In this document: in pieces, positions 57,910 to 64,000 of the stretch
Numbering within the stretch: the first letter of the stretch is position 1
How the letters are laid out: each line of letters opens with the position of its first letter
DNA from: Bacteroidota bacterium
Lineage (GTDB): Bacteria > Bacteroidota > Ignavibacteria > SZUA-365
Direction: 5' to 3'
Assembly (NCBI GenBank): GCA_029907355.1
Contig: JARYLZ010000008.1
Location: forward strand, 1,098-65,097
DNA: 64,000 bases
Made by a program: the position numbers and the translations under genes
The notes under the pieces: model-generated
What the model was told of the DNA's origin: nothing
What the model saw: the letters and a program-made list of their open reading frames with translations, nothing else
Database searches by the model: none

Positions 57910-58722
57910 ATGAAACGCAAGAGAAAACCGCCCTCTCTCTTCACGCTTTTTCTCCGATCTCTTCCCCCTGCTTTGATTTTCGTGATTTCGTTCCCTCTCG
58001 CGGCGCAGGAAAACCCCGAAGCGAGGAAACTCTATCAGGAAGGGAACAGGAAATTCAACGACGGTCTTTTCGAGGATGCCGTTCGGAAATACGACCAGGC
58101 ATTGGGCATCGAGAGGCACTATGCCATTTACTACCAGCGCGGCCTCGCACTGCGGAAAGCGGAGCGTCACGCCGCCTCGTTGGAATCCTTCCGGGAAGCG
58201 GTGTCCCTGCATCGGGATTTCGCTCTCGGGTGGTACGGCATGGCAACCGCCTTCGCCGTGCTCGGCCGTCATGACAGTGCTGTTTCCGCCTATGAGAAAG
58301 CCCTCGCGTTGGACCCTCGACTCGAGCCGGCGCGGAAAGGACTGACCGCTGCACGCACCATGCAAGCCCTTGCCCTGATCGATAGCGGCGACGCGCGCAG
58401 TGCAGCGGAAACAGCGCGCAAAGCCTGCGGTGCCGACAGCACGTTTCCCCAGGCGCACCTCGTCCTCGCCCGGGCACTCGGCCGCCTCGGCGACGTCGAA
58501 GGCTCGGTGCGGGAAGCGGAGTACGTGATCAGGAACCACCCGGCGTTCGCCCGGGATGCCTGGTACGAATTGGGTTTGACATACGAAGCGGCAGGCGACC
58601 TCGAGGGAGCCGCACGGGCGTTCACGGAAGCGTTGAACTCACCTCGTGTCGGGGAAAACGCAAACCGCAGACTTCGGAGAATCGATTCCCTGCGGAACAC
58701 GCCGAAGCGGGAAAGCGAGTGA
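57910..58722 (+). CDS. Exported tetratricopeptide-repeat protein
   Basis: Signal peptide (…LAA|QE) followed by several TPR units (YYQRG.A, WYGMA.A, WYELG..Y). Confidence 0.8.
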   Translation: MKRKRKPPSLFTLFLRSLPPALIFVISFPLAAQENPEARKLYQEGNRKFNDGLFEDAVRKYDQALGIERHYAIYYQRGLALRKAERHAASLESFREAVSLHRDFALGWYGMATAFAVLGRHDSAVSAYEKALALDPRLEPARKGLTAARTMQALALIDSGDARSAAETARKACGADSTFPQAHLVLARALGRLGDVEGSVREAEYVIRNHPAFARDAWYELGLTYEAAGDLEGAARAFTEALNSPRVGENANRRLRRIDSLRNTPKRESE

Positions 58723-58830
58723 GCCGACCCGACTTTGCGGACAGGCACGAGGGGGAATGAACTTCAACTTCAGGACGGCATGGGCTGTCCGAGAGCCGGG
58801 TGTTCAGGGCGGGAACCTATCACCGAACTT

Positions 58831-61047
58831 TCAACGATCGAAGGGCCTGACCTCCAGAACAAAAAGGAAATGGCGGATCGGCGAGAGGTTGCCGACGATC
58901 TCCGTATAAGCGTACTGGAAGACGTTGTTGACGATGAATGTTGCACCGGCAGGGATTCCGAGGCGCGAGAAATCCCATCCCACCCGGAGATCGGTCACGT
59001 ACACCGGCACACGCTGGTCGGCGTTCCTCACGACGAGGCCGAGTTCGCGGTCGATTTCTTCCATTTTCCCCACATAGCGAAAATCGGCGCCGATCGAACC
59101 GTCGATGATGCGCAGGTCCCCCGAAGCGGTAAACAGGTGTCTCGAACGGTATTTCATGATGGTGCCGCGGGTGAGATCTTGGGGGTCCATGTACGTGTAC
59201 CCCGCTGCCAATACACAACACCCGTCGGCAGGCGCGGCGCGTAGGCAGATTTCGACCCCTTGAATTCTGGCACGGGTGATGTTAGCGAAGGTGATTCTCC
59301 CGTCTGCGGGGTCGAGAAGGGGTTCGACGAGATTGGTGTACTCGTTGCGGAACACGGCCGCGTCCAACGAAACCGCCCATAGCAGATCCTGCTTGACGCC
59401 GATCTCGTACGACGTGCTCCGTTCCGAGAGGAGGTTCGGGTTCGGTTTCGTACTCAGGCCCGCCCCGCTGGCGGCCGCGAACCGTTCCGCGACGGAGGGT
59501 GCGCGGAATCCCGTGCCGTACGAAGCCCGGATGACGGTTCCCTCCGCGGCTTTCCACGCGAGGCCGAGTCGAGGGTTGAGACGGTTGTCGGAACGTGTCG
59601 TGTCCACTTTCGTCCAGTCGAAGCGCAGGCCGAGCGAGAGGGAAAGCCGTTCGTGCACCCGGAAATCCTCCTGCCCATACACGGCGCACGAAACCCCGGA
59701 ACGGTCGCCGAACGTCGTCGACGCGACGGTCGTGTACGAGGCGTCGATGCCTCCGACGAGCATGTGCCGCTCGGTCGGAGCGAACGTCCCCTGCCACTCC
59801 GCCCCGTACACGACCGCCGTGGATTGCGTTCTGTCAGCAGGGTGGGTCGTGTAATCGGCCGTATCGCTGTGCGTGTCGAAAGCCGTCCGGTACACCGACG
59901 CGCGTGCCGTGTATGCGAATACCGGACTGACGACCCTGCGGTAACGCGCGGTTCCCTGTGCCTTCGTCGAATGGATCTGCTCGCTCAAGTCCGCATCCTC
60001 CGGCTGTTCGAGAGCGTGCTCGAGGTTTCTCCAGTACAGCCAATTGCCTCGGTCGTCGGATGCTATGTGAAGCGATACCGAGAGGTTCCTGTCCCCATCC
60101 GGTCTGTATTGGCCGGATGCGCTCGCGTTCCACTTGAAAAAGTCGTCGTTCTGGCGGTACCCCTCGTTCGTGCGAGCACCTGCCGCGAGCGTCCATGCAA
60201 ACGCACCGGATGCGTTTCCGAGGACGGCGTCCATCCCTCCGAACCACCGCGGGCCGCCTCCCCACCATACCCACTGGTCGTAGCGCGGTTTGCCGTAACA
60301 CCCCCCATATGTGCGCACATCGGCGAGCGGACCGGTGGGCACGTGCGTGATGACGTTGATGACGCCGCCGAGGGCACTGGAGCCATAGAGCGCAGAGGCT
60401 GCGCCTTTCACGACCTCGATGCGGTCCACGAGGAACATGGGAACGGCATCGTACTTGATCTCGTTCGCATCTCCCGCGAGGAGGGGAACCCCGTCGAGTA
60501 AAAGCAGTACGCGCGAACCGAGTGCGCGCGCGTACCCGCTCGACCCTCTGATATTGACCTGTGACTCCGTCAAGTTCACGCCGGGGACGTTCCGAAGAGC
60601 CTGGTCGATGGATGTGATGGCTCGGTCCCGGATTTCGCGAGCCGTGCTCACGGAAACGCTTACCGGCACTTCTTCGTAGCTCTGGGCGTGCTTCCCAGCC
60701 GTCACGATGACCTCGTTCGTCTCGATCGGCTTTTGCGAGAGCACCGCATCTGCGGTCGCGACGGAATCCGCTCCTACGCGAACGAGGACTTCTTTTTTCT
60801 CATACCCCATCATCGAGAAATGGACGACATGGAGCCCCGCCTTCACCTTCCTGAGCCGGTAACGACCGTCCGCATCCGTCACAGCGCCGAGAACCGTGCC
60901 CGTGATGCGAACGGTCGCCCCGACAAGGGGTTTCCCGCCGGCTTCCGTCACTCGTCCCTCGATGCCGCCCGTTTGCGCTCGGAGTACGGCGGGTACCGCC
61001 GTGGCCGTGAGAAGGAGGAGGGTGACGGCGACAACGACGTTTCTCAT
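58831..61047 (-). CDS. TonB-dependent receptor with N-terminal carboxypeptidase-regulatory-like domain
   Basis: GATVRITGT..GAVTDADG; plug motifs NIRGSSG and RIEVVKGAASALYGSSALGGVIN; GFRAPS and NVFQY in the barrel. Confidence 0.92.
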   Translation of the reverse strand: MRNVVVAVTLLLLTATAVPAVLRAQTGGIEGRVTEAGGKPLVGATVRITGTVLGAVTDADGRYRLRKVKAGLHVVHFSMMGYEKKEVLVRVGADSVATADAVLSQKPIETNEVIVTAGKHAQSYEEVPVSVSVSTAREIRDRAITSIDQALRNVPGVNLTESQVNIRGSSGYARALGSRVLLLLDGVPLLAGDANEIKYDAVPMFLVDRIEVVKGAASALYGSSALGGVINVITHVPTGPLADVRTYGGCYGKPRYDQWVWWGGGPRWFGGMDAVLGNASGAFAWTLAAGARTNEGYRQNDDFFKWNASASGQYRPDGDRNLSVSLHIASDDRGNWLYWRNLEHALEQPEDADLSEQIHSTKAQGTARYRRVVSPVFAYTARASVYRTAFDTHSDTADYTTHPADRTQSTAVVYGAEWQGTFAPTERHMLVGGIDASYTTVASTTFGDRSGVSCAVYGQEDFRVHERLSLSLGLRFDWTKVDTTRSDNRLNPRLGLAWKAAEGTVIRASYGTGFRAPSVAERFAAASGAGLSTKPNPNLLSERSTSYEIGVKQDLLWAVSLDAAVFRNEYTNLVEPLLDPADGRITFANITRARIQGVEICLRAAPADGCCVLAAGYTYMDPQDLTRGTIMKYRSRHLFTASGDLRIIDGSIGADFRYVGKMEEIDRELGLVVRNADQRVPVYVTDLRVGWDFSRLGIPAGATFIVNNVFQYAYTEIVGNLSPIRHFLFVLEVRPFDR

Positions 61048-61059
61048 GCGACGTCCTCA

Positions 61060-61674
61060 TTACGAGTGACACGGTCGCGCAGCCAGCCGGATTTCGTGCA
61101 AGAGTTTTTCCTGGTTCCGGTTGTCGTGCACGAAATCGATTTCTCCCACGTCGATGGTGATCAGCTTGCCCGGATACCGGGCGACCCACTCTTCGTAGAG
61201 CGTGTTCAACTGCTCCAGATACGCACGGGGAAGATCCCGCTCGAACGGCCTGCCGCGGAGGGCGATCTGTTTTTGGAGGGTGTCGACATCGGCGCGGAGA
61301 TACACGAGCAGGTCGGGCAGGCGCAGGTATGGGATCATGACGTCGTAGAGCGCGCGGTAGTTCCGGTAGTCCCGTTCATCCATTTTGCCCGTCGCAAAAA
61401 GGTTCTTCGCGAAAATCTCCGCGTCCTCGTAAATCGAGCGGTCCTGGACGGCATCCCCTTTCCACTCGGTAATCCTCTTGTGCGTGATGAACCGGCGGCT
61501 GAGGAAATACACCTGGAGGTGGAATGACCACCGCGCCATGTCCGCGTAGAAGTCCTCGAGGTACGGGTTGTCGTCCACCGACTCGAAATGCGGCTGCCAA
61601 CCGAAGGCCTGGTGAAGGAGCAAGGTCAGGGTGGACTTCCCCGACCCGATATTCCCTGCGATCGTTACGAGCAT
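61060..61674 (-). CDS. Deoxynucleoside kinase
   Basis: IAGNIGSGKST, NPYL.DFY, QDRSIYED and PDLLVYL motifs. Confidence 0.92.
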   Translation of the reverse strand: MLVTIAGNIGSGKSTLTLLLHQAFGWQPHFESVDDNPYLEDFYADMARWSFHLQVYFLSRRFITHKRITEWKGDAVQDRSIYEDAEIFAKNLFATGKMDERDYRNYRALYDVMIPYLRLPDLLVYLRADVDTLQKQIALRGRPFERDLPRAYLEQLNTLYEEWVARYPGKLITIDVGEIDFVHDNRNQEKLLHEIRLAARPCHS

Positions 61675-61681
61675 CGTGTTC

Positions 61682-62221
61682 TCACGGATCGTTCCTCACG
61701 CGGGGGACGCCGCCGGCCCGGTCGCCGTACCGCGCGAGCAGGAAGAGGAAATCCGAAAGCCGGTTGAGATAACGAATGGTCTCGGGATCGATTTTTTCCC
61801 GTTCCGCGAGGCCGACGACGGCGCGTTCGGTGCGCCGGCACACGACACGACACAGATGAATGCGGGCGGCCGTTTCCGATCCGCCCGGGACGATGAATGT
61901 CCTCAGAGGCTCCAGAAGGGGTTCGATCGTATCCATCTCCCGCTCGAGACGTTCGGTCCGTGCTCGTTCAAGGCGGGGGACAGTGCCCCTCTTCCCCGGT
62001 GCTGCGGCGAGATGCGCTCCGAGAGCGAAGAGGTCCTCCTGGACGGAGCCGAGCATCGCATCGATTTCCTCGATGGGCGGGACGGCCCGCGCAAACCCGA
62101 TGAACGCATTCAACTCGTCGACCGCCCCGCACGCTTCGATCCGTGCGGAGGCCTTCGAGACGCGCCCCCCGCCGAACAACGACGTCATGCCGTCATCGCC
62201 GGTTTTCGTGGAGACGCGCAC
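61682..62221 (-). CDS. Cob(I)alamin adenosyltransferase, PduO type
   Basis: TKTGD.G.TSL, GAVDELN, CRRTER and YLNRLSDFLF motifs. Confidence 0.92.
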   Translation of the reverse strand: MRVSTKTGDDGMTSLFGGGRVSKASARIEACGAVDELNAFIGFARAVPPIEEIDAMLGSVQEDLFALGAHLAAAPGKRGTVPRLERARTERLEREMDTIEPLLEPLRTFIVPGGSETAARIHLCRVVCRRTERAVVGLAEREKIDPETIRYLNRLSDFLFLLARYGDRAGGVPRVRNDP

Positions 62222-62227
62222 GACCTT

Positions 62228-63166
62228 TCACTCCTTCCGCTCCCGCGCCTGGAGAACCCGGGCAACCTCGCGTTTCGCCTCGCCGGGTGTCGGGATTTTC
62301 AACCATACGACTTCGATCCGCCCGTCCCGGAGAACGAAGGCGCGGGGAAGAGTGCGATACAGGGTTCGCGCGAAACGCGGCTCGATCGCCGCGACGGGAA
62401 ATGCACACCCATACCGGAACATCACCTCGGAAGCCGCCGCCGTGTTCTCCACGACGAGGCCGATGGTCGACGGAATTTCGTTTTGCTGAGCGGCGGTATT
62501 CATCATCGTCACATCGGATTGGATCGTCGGGGATTTTGCGGAGAAGAGAAAGACGAGGTGCACACCCCGGTAGAGATTCCGACTCAATCCTTCGACAGGC
62601 CAGGAAGCAATCGTTTTCCCAACCCGGAGTTCGGTGACGAGGGAATCGACGGGCAAACGGTACGCGGTCGCCGCGGTCAGCGCGGCGAGTCCCCCGAAAC
62701 CGACCACGATGATTCCCTTCCACAACGTGCCGCGCGATCGGCGTCCCCACAGAACCATCGTGGAGAAAATCACCGCGGCCATCATGAGCACGTCCTCTAT
62801 GATGACCTGTTCGAAAGACCGGTGGATGTTCGTCCCGAAACACCCGCACCCTTCCAAGTTCAAGTTCAATTCCCCGTACACCGTAACCCCGATGAAGAAG
62901 ACGAGGAGCAGCACGGCGAGAATCCCCGTCAGCCGCGGGAGAAAATTGAGCGCGAGCGCCGCGGCGATCATGACTTCAAGGATGATAAACACCCATGCGG
63001 CAAGTCCAGCGAGCGAGGGGGTCACCTGGTACATGCGGATCTGTTCCGCGAAAGCGAGCGGGTCGAACGCTTTCAGAACGGCGGCGACAAGGAATACGAC
63101 GGCGACGATGATCTGAAGCGCCCGTGCCGTCATGCGGAGCACCGTGTTCGAACCGAGTGATGTCAT
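62228..63166 (-). CDS. MauE/DoxX-family redox-associated membrane protein with C-terminal soluble domain
   Basis: FL.AA..K..DP..F, ILE, GCGCFG and IIED motifs; about 5 TM helices. Confidence 0.8.
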   Translation of the reverse strand: MTSLGSNTVLRMTARALQIIVAVVFLVAAVLKAFDPLAFAEQIRMYQVTPSLAGLAAWVFIILEVMIAAALALNFLPRLTGILAVLLLVFFIGVTVYGELNLNLEGCGCFGTNIHRSFEQVIIEDVLMMAAVIFSTMVLWGRRSRGTLWKGIIVVGFGGLAALTAATAYRLPVDSLVTELRVGKTIASWPVEGLSRNLYRGVHLVFLFSAKSPTIQSDVTMMNTAAQQNEIPSTIGLVVENTAAASEVMFRYGCAFPVAAIEPRFARTLYRTLPRAFVLRDGRIEVVWLKIPTPGEAKREVARVLQARERKE

Positions 63167-63960
63167 CGTCGATTCAGGATGGATACGAGATACTGTTCGA
63201 CAGGGAGGGTCGGATTGCCGATGATACGCCCTTTTTCCACGCCGTTCTGAAAGACGATGATCGCCGGGTAATCCTTTCCGTACCGCTCGAGCGCGGCCCG
63301 CGGCTCATCCCCTCCCATCGAGATACCGATGTAGCGGACATGGAACGCCGGGTTTGCCGCCTCCGCCATGACGCGAATGAACTTCGGAACGATGGCCTTG
63401 CACGTCGAACACCACGTCGCAAAAAGAACGACGATTTCCGTCGGTTTCTTGACCTTGCGCAATTCTTCCACGGCAGTCCGCCTGGGCTTGTAGCGATCTC
63501 TCAGGATGGCATATTCCTGACTGTGGGCGAGGAGAATACCCAGCGACACTTCCCCGACAAGAGGGTCACGGAGCTTGACCAGCATCGTTTTGCCTTTGAA
63601 AGCGAAGAGACTCCCGCTCTGCTCCACTCGGTACTTCCCAACAGAGCGACCCTCCGGGATGCCGTTCGAGAGGATCTTGCATTCGCTATTGAAACGGATC
63701 CTCCCGGTCACGTCAAAAACCGTTTTCGAGGAGAGGTCCAAGAGGAGAATGGTTTTCCGTCCTGCGAAAACAAGTACCAGGTAAGGTTTCGAAACCGTCG
63801 GTTGGTACACCACGATATCGGCGGACGGTTTCCCGTCGACTTCCACAATGAACTGCGGGTTTTCCTCCCATTCGATGCTTTCCGCCCCGGCCCGTGGGGC
63901 AAGGATGAACGAAAGCACAACGAAAAGAGGAACCAAAGGGAAAAAACGGCGCATCTTCAT
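63163..63960 (-). CDS. Exported thioredoxin-family protein
   Basis: Signal peptide; C-terminal thioredoxin fold with FATWCSTC, YPAIIV and EKGRI. Confidence 0.8.
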   Translation of the reverse strand: MKMRRFFPLVPLFVVLSFILAPRAGAESIEWEENPQFIVEVDGKPSADIVVYQPTVSKPYLVLVFAGRKTILLLDLSSKTVFDVTGRIRFNSECKILSNGIPEGRSVGKYRVEQSGSLFAFKGKTMLVKLRDPLVGEVSLGILLAHSQEYAILRDRYKPRRTAVEELRKVKKPTEIVVLFATWCSTCKAIVPKFIRVMAEAANPAFHVRYIGISMGGDEPRAALERYGKDYPAIIVFQNGVEKGRIIGNPTLPVEQYLVSILNRR

Positions 63961-64000
63961 TCGGATATACGGTTAATCAACATACGAAATGAGCCTGCGA

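Noticed and set aside
698-63160. Many long antisense or alternate-frame ORFs (e.g. 698..1957+, 8258..10210-, 10924..13293+, 16020..18260+, 61631..63160+)
   Set aside because: They shadow well-supported genes, are Arg/Pro/Gly-rich and lack motifs. This is expected in high-GC DNA.
57561-64000. Genomic island or prophage at the tRNAs
   Set aside because: No integrase, att duplication or compositional shift; the flanking genes are housekeeping-like.

Overview
GC-rich chromosomal window, with no phage, IS or CRISPR seen. It probably comes from a Bacteroidota/Ignavibacteria-related organism, inferred from porU/porV, many T9SS C-terminal-domain proteins and TAnnTTTG promoter motifs. Housekeeping content: rsgA, an AmgK/RapZ-C/MurU-like peptidoglycan-recycling trio, a Pat-type acetyltransferase, an APC permease, sufBCDSU, rsmB, a GlmU-like protein, fRMsr, a HAD phosphatase, tRNA-Lys(UUU) and tRNA-Leu(GAG), a TonB receptor, a deoxynucleoside kinase, PduO and a MauE/thioredoxin pair. 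The most interesting parts are: (1) a tightly packed putative synthase-dependent exopolysaccharide operon (10.8-20.3 kb) with a YdaM-like GT2, a 1314-aa DUF2334 deacetylase/glycoside-hydrolase-like fusion, an outer-membrane barrel, an acyltransferase and a GT-C, preceded by T9SS-secreted propeller proteins; (2) a CHASE2 receptor whose cytoplasmic part is no standard output domain (possibly HEPN-like), with two paralogous FecR/DUF928-like exported proteins (37.5-41.8 kb); (3) a T9SS locus, wzx-porU-porV, followed by an M6-like protein lacking its zinc motif and an HExxH/TolB/barrel protein; (4) an in-frame hairpin insertion flanked by exact 30-bp direct repeats inside the HAD gene. All family calls come from motif recognition by eye, with no database searches.
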